From an uncultured Hyphomicrobiales bacterium (lineage in GTDB: Bacteria > Bacteroidota > Ignavibacteria > Kapaibacteriales > UBA2268), in the NCBI GenBank assembly GCA_964499465.1, contig CAZCLJ010000003.1, positions 1-49,748 on the forward strand: a stretch of 49,748 nt of DNA. Reading direction: 5' to 3'. The notes beneath the pieces are model-generated. The model had not been told where the DNA came from, ran no database searches, and saw nothing but the letters and a program-made list of their open reading frames with translations. Shown here in pieces: positions 17,459 to 25,814 of the stretch. Position numbers and translations under genes: made by a program. The stretch's first letter is position 1, and the number at the start of each line of letters is the position of its first letter.

Positions 17459-18434
17459 CGACCTAATTAATAAAATACATCAGGGCGATTGCTTAGAGCT
17501 TTTCAAACAGATACCAGATGACTCTGTTGATATTGCTTTTGCAGACCCACCTTTTAATTTAAATAAAAAATATAATAATAATAAAGATAAATTAAAAATA
17601 AAGGAATATCTTAACTGGTGCAGAAAATGGATAAATGAAATGGTTCGGGTAACAAAGCCGAGTGGTTCTATTTTTGTTCACAATATCCCAAAATGGCTGA
17701 CTTACTATTCTTCATTTCTCAATGAAATTGCGTATTTCAAGCACTGGATTAGCTGGGATGCAGCAACAGCGCCAATGGGAAAAACCTTGCAACCAGCACA
17801 CTATGGTATTCTTTTCTATACAAAACAGCCCCAAAATTTTAAATTCTACGAAGTTAGATGTCCTCATAAAAGAGCTCGAAAATCAAATATTTTAGCAAAA
17901 GATTATGGTGGGAAAAAAAGTTTGCTTCACCCATTTGGACCATTGGTTTCTGATGTTTGGACTGACATTCACCGCATTAAACACAATAAATACAGAGACG
18001 AGCATCCTTGCCAATTACCGATTCATTTGTTGGAAAGAATCATCTTGCTATCAACAGATGAAAACGATATAGTGCTTGACCCATTTAACGGAACTGGGAC
18101 AACAGCACTTGCTGCAAAGCGTTTGGGTAGAAACTTTATAGGATTTGATTTAAGCCAGGAATATATTGATATAACTAACTCGAAATTATCCAAGGAATTA
18201 TCAAATTCAAAAATTGGAGAAAAATGGGTAAGTTTTTATCTTAACCAAGTAGTTACTTTAAGGAATGATGATTGGGATTATTTAAAAGATTTCTTTTTTA
18301 TTCCAAAAAATCCAGTTGATATTGATACAATACAAATAATGCTAAAATCAAAAATTAAGCATATTCCAAATAAGAAAAACGGAAGTTCTGAAATTTCAAA
18401 CGAAAATCAAACTGCATTTTTATTTCCGGCTTAA
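17451..18434 (+). CDS. beta-class N6-adenine/N4-cytosine DNA methyltransferase, copy A
   Basis: Motif IV FADPPF near the N-terminus and motif I DPFNGTGTT near residue 210, the permuted order of PF01555-type enzymes. The TTG start overlaps the R gene stop. Confidence 0.9.
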   Translation: MFNDLINKIHQGDCLELFKQIPDDSVDIAFADPPFNLNKKYNNNKDKLKIKEYLNWCRKWINEMVRVTKPSGSIFVHNIPKWLTYYSSFLNEIAYFKHWISWDAATAPMGKTLQPAHYGILFYTKQPQNFKFYEVRCPHKRARKSNILAKDYGGKKSLLHPFGPLVSDVWTDIHRIKHNKYRDEHPCQLPIHLLERIILLSTDENDIVLDPFNGTGTTALAAKRLGRNFIGFDLSQEYIDITNSKLSKELSNSKIGEKWVSFYLNQVVTLRNDDWDYLKDFFFIPKNPVDIDTIQIMLKSKIKHIPNKKNGSSEISNENQTAFLFPA

Positions 18435-18442
18435 TTTTATAT

Positions 18443-19378
18443 ATGAATGAAAACTACATAAATAAAATTATAAATGACGATTGTTTGAATCATCTTTCGA
18501 ACTTGGAAGAAAATTCAATTGATTTGTTTCTGTCGGATATTCCTTACGGGATTTGCCTTGACGATTGGGACGTTTTACATAATAATACAAATTCTGCATT
18601 GCTCGGCACTTCTCCAGCTCAAAACGGGAAAAATGGATTTAAAAGACGTGGCAAACCAATTAATGGGTGGAGTTCGGCTGATAGAAATATTGGGAAAGAA
18701 TATCAGGAATGGGTGCAAAAGTGGTCAGATATGCTTTTTCCAGTAATGAAAGAAGGGGCTTTTCAATTTGTTTTTGGTGCAAGAAGGACAATTCACAGAG
18801 TTATAAATGCTTTTGAAAATTCTGGATTTCTTTTAAAAGATATTTTAGCTTGGAAAAAGCCATCTGCTCACCATAGGGCTCAAAAATTTTCTAACATTCT
18901 GCAAAATAGAGGACTTGAAGAAGAAATTGAAATATGGAATGGTTGGCGGCTTGGCAATTTAGCTCCTATTTATGAACCGATTGCTTGGTTTTTCAAGCCA
19001 TATAAAATAACTATAACTGATAATATCTTAAAATATGGAGTTGGCGCTATTAATACTGAAGATTGCAAAATAAACGGAGCAAGCCCAACAAACTTATTGG
19101 AATTTGGTTTTTCAAAAAATGAGAATAGATTTCACGAAGCTCAGAAACCATTAGAATTAATTGAATTTTTAATTAAATTAACTACTCGTGAAGAACAAAT
19201 TATTCTTGACCCATTTATGGGAAGTGGAACAACAGCATTAGCAGCTAAAAGGTTAAACAGAAAGTTTATTGGCTTTGAAATTAATGTAGATTATTACAAT
19301 GCTGCAATAGATAGAATTGAACAAAATAATTCTTCATTATTTTTTAATGGATTAGAAAAAGAATGTAGCTTGTTCTGA
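18443..19378 (+). CDS. second, distinct beta-class DNA methyltransferase
   Basis: Motif IV-like LSDIPYG at the N-terminus and motif I DPFMGSGTTALAAKRL near the C-terminus. Outside these motifs it is only distantly related to copies A and B. Confidence 0.85.
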   Translation: MNENYINKIINDDCLNHLSNLEENSIDLFLSDIPYGICLDDWDVLHNNTNSALLGTSPAQNGKNGFKRRGKPINGWSSADRNIGKEYQEWVQKWSDMLFPVMKEGAFQFVFGARRTIHRVINAFENSGFLLKDILAWKKPSAHHRAQKFSNILQNRGLEEEIEIWNGWRLGNLAPIYEPIAWFFKPYKITITDNILKYGVGAINTEDCKINGASPTNLLEFGFSKNENRFHEAQKPLELIEFLIKLTTREEQIILDPFMGSGTTALAAKRLNRKFIGFEINVDYYNAAIDRIEQNNSSLFFNGLEKECSLF

Positions 19379-19412
19379 ACTGATTTAATAATTCAAGATT
19401 TTCTATCTAACA

Positions 19413-20396
19413 ATGTTTAACGACCTAATTAATAAAATACATCAGGGCGATTGCTTAGAGCTTTTCAAACAGATACCAGATGACTCTGTTGATATTGCTT
19501 TTGCAGACCCACCTTTTAATTTAAATAAAAAATATAATAATAATAAAGATAAATTAAAAATAAAGGAATATCTTAACTGGTGCAGAAAATGGATAAATGA
19601 AATGGTTCGGGTAACAAAGCCGAGTGGTTCTATTTTTGTTCACAATATCCCAAAATGGCTGACTTACTATTCTTCATTTCTCAATGAAATTGCGTATTTC
19701 AAGCACTGGATTAGCTGGGATGCAGCAACAGCGCCAATGGGAAAAACCTTGCAACCAGCACACTATGGTATTCTTTTCTATACAAAACAGCCCCAAAATT
19801 TTAAATTCTACGAAGTTAGATGTCCTCATAAAAGAGCTCGAAAATCAAATATTTTAGCAAAAGATTATGGTGGGAAAAAAAGTTTGCTTCACCCATTTGG
19901 ACCATTGGTTTCTGATGTTTGGACTGACATTCACCGCATTAAACACAATAAATACAGAGACGAGCATCCTTGCCAATTACCGATTCATTTGTTGGAAAGA
20001 ATCATCTTGATTTCAACTGATGAAAACGATATAGTGCTTGACCCATTTAACGGAACTGGAACAACAGCACTTGCTGCAAAGCGTTTGGGTAGAAACTATA
20101 TTGGATTTGATTTGAGTCTGGAATATATTGATATAACTAACTCAAAATTATCCAAGGAATTATCAAATTCAAAAATTGGTGAAAAATGGGTGAGTTTTTA
20201 TCTTAACGAAGTAGTAACTTTAAGAAATGATGATTGGGATTATTTAAAAGATTTCTTCTTTATACCCAAAAATCCAGTTGATATTGATACAATTCAAATA
20301 TTGTTAAAATCAAAAATTAAGCATATTTCAAATAAGAAAAATGGAAGTTCTGAAATTTCAAATGAAAATCAAACTGCATTTTTATTTCCGGCTTAA
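19413..20396 (+). CDS. beta-class DNA methyltransferase, copy B (near-identical to 17451-18434)
   Basis: 327 aa with 6 aa differences from copy A. It has an ATG start and its own upstream spacer. Confidence 0.9.
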   Translation: MFNDLINKIHQGDCLELFKQIPDDSVDIAFADPPFNLNKKYNNNKDKLKIKEYLNWCRKWINEMVRVTKPSGSIFVHNIPKWLTYYSSFLNEIAYFKHWISWDAATAPMGKTLQPAHYGILFYTKQPQNFKFYEVRCPHKRARKSNILAKDYGGKKSLLHPFGPLVSDVWTDIHRIKHNKYRDEHPCQLPIHLLERIILISTDENDIVLDPFNGTGTTALAAKRLGRNYIGFDLSLEYIDITNSKLSKELSNSKIGEKWVSFYLNEVVTLRNDDWDYLKDFFFIPKNPVDIDTIQILLKSKIKHISNKKNGSSEISNENQTAFLFPA

Positions 20397-20416
20397 TTTA
20401 TTAGAATTATTTAATT

Positions 20417-21187
20417 TTACTTACCCGGACAAATTATTGATTTGATTTCGTTGCTAATTTGAAATTCTTTGTATGGTTTAAATTTATAAATAGCTTTTTT
20501 TATATGGCTATATTTAGAAAGGTCGCCTGCTGCACATTTTTCCCAGTAAGAGTATGCTTCATCATTTGTAAATCCGCAGAATTGCATTAAAACAAGTGCT
20601 GAGGCATAACCAGATTGGTGCCAGCCATTCCAGCAATGTATGTATATTGGTCCGGCAGTCGAATCTTTTATATTGTTATAAACTAATTCTAAAAATTGCT
20701 TTATATCCTTTTCGTTTGATAATGAGTTTTGTATATAATTCAAGGATTTACTATTTATATCAGGTCCTATTGATTTTTTTGAATCAGCAAAATTTTTGGA
20801 ATATAAATAAATAACAGTTGAAAATCCTTCTTCGAGCAAATTTTCAAGACCTTCTTCTGGCATTGGATTTTCATTGTCTCTTTTATTATTTTTATTATAA
20901 TAGTTGTTTGCTCCTCCACGATAAACAATTCCATTTAATACAACCCGCATATTTCTCGTTCCATAAACCGAAGGGCAGTTTTCACCAAAATTGTCTGTGA
21001 TTTTATCATAAAGCGATGATGTTTTATATTTTTCTTCATATTTTGTTGCTCTTTCCTTTAAGTAGTTAAAATCATGTTTTTGAGCAAGTAAAGAAAAAGC
21101 AAATAAGAATAAAATAAGATAGGTATATTTTTTTAAACTATACGTTTTAAATAAATTAGTTTTTATCATAATTTTAAAAAATAACAT
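20417..21187 (-). CDS. secreted protein-tyrosine/dual-specificity phosphatase-like protein with atypical P-loop
   Basis: N-terminal hydrophobic signal (YTYLILFLFAFSLLAQ). IYIHCWNGWHQSGYASAL resembles the HCX5R(S/T) loop, but Gln occupies the Arg position. Confidence 0.5.
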   Translation of the reverse strand: MLFFKIMIKTNLFKTYSLKKYTYLILFLFAFSLLAQKHDFNYLKERATKYEEKYKTSSLYDKITDNFGENCPSVYGTRNMRVVLNGIVYRGGANNYYNKNNKRDNENPMPEEGLENLLEEGFSTVIYLYSKNFADSKKSIGPDINSKSLNYIQNSLSNEKDIKQFLELVYNNIKDSTAGPIYIHCWNGWHQSGYASALVLMQFCGFTNDEAYSYWEKCAAGDLSKYSHIKKAIYKFKPYKEFQISNEIKSIICPGK

Positions 21188-21292
21188 CAGAATTCCTAAT
21201 TCAGTTGCAATAATAATTGAGTTATGAGATTTGCCTTGTAAAGAATAATCTCGTCGTTAAATTTATATCTGTTAAAAGACATATTATATTGT

Positions 21293-21347
21293 GTCATTTC
21301 GAAACGAAGTGAGAAATCTCACAAGTCATAGCTACCACAGAACTTGA
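21293..21347. repeat. family A element, left half only
   Basis: gtcatttcgaaacgaagtgagaaatctcacaagtcatagctaccacagaacttga, with no right arm. Confidence 0.75.
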
Positions 21348-21390
21348 AAATATGCGAAATAACATACTAAGAGTCATCAGGAGTTCTGCA

Positions 21391-21446
21391 TTACTTCAAA
21401 AAGCAATGTTCATACACTTTCGGCTCTATTTTATTTGCTAATAATT
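21391..21446 (-). repeat. orphan copy of the 3' end of the NPPY methyltransferase gene
   Basis: ttacttcaaaaagcaatgttcatacactttcggctctattttatttgctaataatt compares with 24125- ttacttcaaaaagcaatgttcatacacttttggctcaattttctttgctaataatt. Confidence 0.8.
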
Positions 21447-21460
21447 GCAATACAAAAATA

Positions 21461-21922
21461 TTAGTCTCTAATTGATGGACATATTTCATGGTCAGGGTCA
21501 AACCATAAAATTTTTAAATATCCTGATTCTCGGATACCCCATATTCGTGATTTTCCATCTAACCGAAGTGAAAATAATTGGTCAATGTCATCAAGATGTA
21601 GCTCTATTAGCCGTTTTTGAGCTTCTTTAATAATATTGGAAATATCTACAGAATGATGTTTAGATTTACCTTTAGAACCAAAAGATTGTGTTTCAAGTTC
21701 ATTCCATTTACTACATTCAAAACTTTTTAGTTTATCAAGAATTTTTTTATAGTATTCAATATCTTCACTGATTATTTTCCTGGACCAATAAGGTTCTAAA
21801 TCCATTGTTCTAAACTGCCAAGATATAAAATGATTCTTACAAGTTGCTGGTTCTAAATGTTTAGGAGTTTTATTGAATTCTTCATCATTAAAAATTGATT
21901 TAGGATTTTTATTCTTTTTCAT
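21461..21922 (-). CDS. hypothetical protein, candidate toxin/effector of Panacea operon
   Basis: 153 aa with a 4-nt overlap with the Panacea gene. The C-terminal LFSLRLDGKSRIWGIRESGYLKILWFDPDHEI weakly resembles RelE/ParE/HigB-type terminal strands. Confidence 0.45.
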   Translation of the reverse strand: MKKNKNPKSIFNDEEFNKTPKHLEPATCKNHFISWQFRTMDLEPYWSRKIISEDIEYYKKILDKLKSFECSKWNELETQSFGSKGKSKHHSVDISNIIKEAQKRLIELHLDDIDQLFSLRLDGKSRIWGIRESGYLKILWFDPDHEICPSIRD

Positions 21923-22512
21923 AATGAACTATAATATTCAGCCATTGATTCTAAAGTAATAATATTATTTCCTCTATCTGTTGGTGACAAACCTTCTCTT
22001 GAAATTAACCATGGTTCTTCATTGTGTGTTAAATCTATTAACCATTGAGCTTGACGATTACCATAATAATTTAAGACTGAGTCAATGGTTTCTTTTTGTG
22101 TAGGGCTTAATTTATCTGGATTTCCATTTTCAATTTTCTCTACTTGAAAATGACCTCGATGAAAATTAAATAATTCTCTAATTACAGGGCCATTAGACCA
22201 AGCTTCAATATTTTCAAAAAATAAAGGTGCTTCATCCCATACTAAAGACCAGGCTTGGCAATAGTATAATAATTTATGTAATTTCATAGATGACATTTGC
22301 CCTAACTTCTTTAAAATATAAGCAGCAACATCAAAAACAGATATTCTAATAGCTGAAGTTTGTGCATTAATATTTTTTGTTAATTCTTCTTTATTTTGCC
22401 ATTTTACTTTTTCATTTTCTATAGTATTACTCAAAAGTTTACTTTCACTACTATAAAAATTGGGATTACTTTTAAATTCTGGCTTAATAGTATTTATTGA
22501 ATTGATGTTCAT
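21919..22512 (-). CDS. Panacea (DUF4065, SocA-like) antitoxin-domain protein
   Basis: VFDVAAYILKKLGQMSSMKLHKLLYYCQAWSLVWDEAPLFFENIEAWSNGPVIRELF matches the DUF4065 core (KLqKLLYY.Q.w.l......lf.e..eAW..GPV). A ~60-aa N-terminal extension precedes it. Confidence 0.75.
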   Translation of the reverse strand: MNINSINTIKPEFKSNPNFYSSESKLLSNTIENEKVKWQNKEELTKNINAQTSAIRISVFDVAAYILKKLGQMSSMKLHKLLYYCQAWSLVWDEAPLFFENIEAWSNGPVIRELFNFHRGHFQVEKIENGNPDKLSPTQKETIDSVLNYYGNRQAQWLIDLTHNEEPWLISREGLSPTDRGNNIITLESMAEYYSSL

Positions 22513-22513
22513 A

Positions 22514-23038
22514 CTATTCTAATTCTAAATTATAATATTTTTTAAGAATTTCAATGCTATCATTTTTAAGTTTTATTATTCCAAATTTATCTATTTTGCC
22601 TTTAAATTCAACTAAGTCTTTTATTGCAAAGTGATAATTGAAATTAATAAGGTAATTATTACCTGGATTTTTTGAAAATGTTAAATTCAAGGTATAATCG
22701 GTTAATTTAAATGAACGAGCAATATTAATATTTTCAATTTTTGATAAATCTTTTGTCAAAAAATCATCGTCAGGTAATTGAAATAACTCTTCTAATTGTT
22801 GGTTATTTGATGCTTTATAAAGAAAATTTACTCCAAATGAATCTACAGGTGTATGTGGTAAATAGTCCGCAATTTTTTGGGAATAATCATCTATTTTTTT
22901 TAATACTTCATCATCTACTTTTATTACTGAAAAATTTAACCTATTAGCTAATATATACATTCTTAATTCATCAGTAGAAAACCTTAAAGAACCATCAAAA
23001 TTTAATGGATATTCAATAAATAAGCTGATATTAGGCAT
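22514..23038 (-). CDS. hypothetical protein, first gene of Panacea operon
   Basis: 174 aa. Its stop lies 1 nt before the Panacea gene start. No family recognised. Confidence 0.45.
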   Translation of the reverse strand: MPNISLFIEYPLNFDGSLRFSTDELRMYILANRLNFSVIKVDDEVLKKIDDYSQKIADYLPHTPVDSFGVNFLYKASNNQQLEELFQLPDDDFLTKDLSKIENINIARSFKLTDYTLNLTFSKNPGNNYLINFNYHFAIKDLVEFKGKIDKFGIIKLKNDSIEILKKYYNLELE

Positions 23039-23256
23039 TAAAAAATTGTTAACCCAATTTTCTGTGAGGATATATTAATTCCATCCGCCAGTAATAGTTA
23101 ATACCTCAAAATCTGATAACATTTTCATAATAAATACTTTATTTCAAAAAATTAATATACAAAATTAATAATTATAAACTCAATATAATAAAAATTATTT
23201 TAAAATCATTTTATCAGAGATTATATTTTTAATTATTTAATCAATTGTTTTTCTAT

Positions 23257-23316
23257 TTCAAAAAGCAATGTTCATAGACCTTAGACTCTATTTTCTTTGC
23301 TAATATTTTTAATTTA
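23257..23316 (-). repeat. orphan, more diverged copy of the 3' end of the NPPY methyltransferase gene
   Basis: ttcaaaaagcaatgttcatagaccttagactctattttctttgctaatatttttaattta. Confidence 0.7.
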
Positions 23317-23327
23317 ATATATTGACA

Positions 23328-23504
23328 TTATACTATAGTTGATTTTGTAATAAACTTCAATCTACGTTCTTCAAAATATTTCTTCAATTCTTCAAAACTC
23401 ATATTTTGTATATCATTACTTATACTATCTCTTACTTCGCGCATAAATTTTACTGCTTTGAAGTTTGGAATTACTTCATTTTTAATATTTTTAATATTTT
23501 TCAT
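23328..23504 (-). CDS. small protein downstream of PIN gene (antitoxin-like)
   Basis: 58-aa ORF MKNIKNIKNEVIPNFKAVKFMREVRDSISNDIQNMSFEELKKYFEE... It is below the ORF-track cutoff, so I translated it by hand. It overlaps the PIN stop by 14 nt. Confidence 0.4.
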   Translation of the reverse strand: MKNIKNIKNEVIPNFKAVKFMREVRDSISNDIQNMSFEELKKYFEERRLKFITKSTIV

Positions 23505-23961
23505 AGTTTATAAGCTCCTTTGGTGAACGAATATCAATAGGTTTATAACCGTTTTTAATATTGACTGCATTGTATCCTCTTATTTTAACAACATTTACAA
23601 GATGTTTAAAATTCCAACTAACTAAAACATCTATATTATTAATAGTTGCCAAAGCAATATGGAAACAATCGTTACGACTGGTTTTGCCAACAACATTCTC
23701 ATCAATATATGAATCAGCGAGTAAAACTGCATCTTCTGTTAGTTCGACTTTAATTTTCAAATTTTCTGGAACTGAATTCAACAGTTTTTTTACTTGCAAA
23801 GGTGCTGTCAGTAATTCATCTTCAGTAACACTTGAAATTACAATGATATATTCACCAGAAATTATACTATTAAATAATTTTTGAGTTTCATTGGCAAATT
23901 CCTTATCATAGTATCCACCGATAACAGAAGTGTCTATATATAGTTTTAATTGTTTATTCAT
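23491..23961 (-). CDS. PIN-domain protein (VapC-like)
   Basis: 156 aa. LYIDTSVIGG (first acidic residue), ...EDELL..., and a later D/N-rich segment NDCFHIALA...VSWNFKHL, consistent with a PIN fold. Confidence 0.7.
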   Translation of the reverse strand: MNKQLKLYIDTSVIGGYYDKEFANETQKLFNSIISGEYIIVISSVTEDELLTAPLQVKKLLNSVPENLKIKVELTEDAVLLADSYIDENVVGKTSRNDCFHIALATINNIDVLVSWNFKHLVNVVKIRGYNAVNIKNGYKPIDIRSPKELINYEKY

Positions 23962-24124
23962 CGTTCATTCAGTTTTGTAAACTTAATTAGTTAAACGAAT
24001 AATATTATTAATAATTGCATAACTTTTAGATTTAAAAGTTTATTAGAGAAATAGATAATTTTCTTTTATACCTTTTTCTTTTTTAATTATCAAATATGAA
24101 AAGTTTATTATATGTGGTAAAACA

Positions 24125-25705
24125 TTACTTCAAAAAGCAATGTTCATACACTTTTGGCTCAATTTTCTTTGCTAATAATTTTAATTTATCGCGTAAGATG
24201 CTGATTAATTCCATATATAGTTCATCGTTGCTTTTGTTGTTCATTTTACCTTTTTCGTTGCGTCCCTGAAAATGCTCGCGAATATCATAAAGAGATGCAT
24301 TTACGTTGCATTTGGGCTGTGCGTGATAATATTTCCAAAGCTCCCTACCTGCATCGAAAACTGCTTGGGCTTCGCTTGAAAAAACAAGCGGAGTTGTTCT
24401 ATTGTTAAATTCATCCGATGACTTGAAGTCATCGGATGAATGAAATATCTCATTACTTTCATTTTTTTCAAAGCTATACTTTTTCAACTTTCCTCTTATA
24501 AAATCACTCATAAAACTGCTTTCAAACTTCTCTCTTGAGTTTACTTCCTGCTCTGTAAATGGAATCCAGTGGTTTGTTCCTTCTTTTGATGTAATCCTGT
24601 TTTGGCTGTGGAATAATGAAAAAGCAAGGCAGTCATTTTGAAACTCTGTATCTGCTTTCCAGCCATCATTTGGAAATAAGAACTGGTCGCGGTCGTTCAG
24701 CCAGGTTGCTTCAAGACAATTATGTATTGTAAAATAAATACTTTGCACAGGTAAATTAAGTGGCGTTACCTTTGAAGTATGGTCTTTATTATCAAAACTA
24801 CTAATATGCACACCACGAACGCTTTGAAAATCATTTCTGCCGTGATGCATTACTCCAATTACATTTTTGTTCGTATTGCTATAATAAATTCGTAACCAAT
24901 CATTTATCCTTTTCAAACCATTATAATCTAAAATATTCTTGTTGGAAAGCTTATTTCCTTTTTCATCATAAACATCAAAATTAAAACTTGAGAATTTATG
25001 CTCTAAATCTGTATTCCAAATTTTAAATCCTATTGGAAAATAACCTTTTACATTATCAAAAGTATAAGCTGGAACAAGAAAGCCATTTTCTAATTTTGCC
25101 AGAAAATTCTGTCGGAAAGTAAAAGAATCTAAACCAGTCAAATGCTTGATTTTAGAAAATTCCGCTATTTTGCAACCTTTAAATATTGTGTAAATCTGCC
25201 ATAGAAATTGAATAAAAATCTCATTGCTTGCTTTTCTTAATTCATTATAATATTTTTTGCTAACCGCTGTTTCTTTTACTCCTGCTTTATTTTGTCTTGA
25301 ATCTTTATTCCCTGCTTCCGCATACGGCGGATTAATATACATAACTAATTTTTTTCTTTTTTCTGGGTTATTAATAATATCAAAAAGTGGTTTAGGCAGT
25401 TTTTCGAAATCATCATTTAAGAAATCGAATTGAAAAACGTGGTCTTCAAGCAGGTTTGTCCCGTTTTTAATTCGGTCTTTCATTACCTCCACATCTTGCT
25501 TATCCAAAGTCGAAGCCCAGACATTATATTTATTTATAAGTCCGGTAAGCAAATTACCCGTTCCAGCGGCGCAATCCCAAACGTAGTATTCATCTTGCCA
25601 ATTCTCACCAAGCACATCTGTTATATATTTTTGAGAAAGCTCCACCCATATTTGTGGAGTAAAGAAACTGCCCTTTCGCTCCCTCTCTTCTTTTGGCATA
25701 AGCAA
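24125..25705 (-). CDS. N-terminally truncated paralogue of the 830-aa enzyme: gamma-class N6-adenine methyltransferase plus C-terminal (TRD-like) region, without the nuclease domain
   Basis: 526 aa, collinear with residues ~305-830 of the 25815-28307 product. Motif I WDCAAGTGNLL and motif IV YINPPYAEAGNK are retained. Confidence 0.8.
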   Translation of the reverse strand: MLMPKEERERKGSFFTPQIWVELSQKYITDVLGENWQDEYYVWDCAAGTGNLLTGLINKYNVWASTLDKQDVEVMKDRIKNGTNLLEDHVFQFDFLNDDFEKLPKPLFDIINNPEKRKKLVMYINPPYAEAGNKDSRQNKAGVKETAVSKKYYNELRKASNEIFIQFLWQIYTIFKGCKIAEFSKIKHLTGLDSFTFRQNFLAKLENGFLVPAYTFDNVKGYFPIGFKIWNTDLEHKFSSFNFDVYDEKGNKLSNKNILDYNGLKRINDWLRIYYSNTNKNVIGVMHHGRNDFQSVRGVHISSFDNKDHTSKVTPLNLPVQSIYFTIHNCLEATWLNDRDQFLFPNDGWKADTEFQNDCLAFSLFHSQNRITSKEGTNHWIPFTEQEVNSREKFESSFMSDFIRGKLKKYSFEKNESNEIFHSSDDFKSSDEFNNRTTPLVFSSEAQAVFDAGRELWKYYHAQPKCNVNASLYDIREHFQGRNEKGKMNNKSNDELYMELISILRDKLKLLAKKIEPKVYEHCFLK

Positions 25706-25814
25706 ATTATAATCATTTCTGAAATTACAGTCGTTTTTTTCTATTATTTACGGTGATATCGCCACTAATTCCTTTGACTTCATTTCTTAACTTATTAAGT
25801 AAGTATATAATTTG

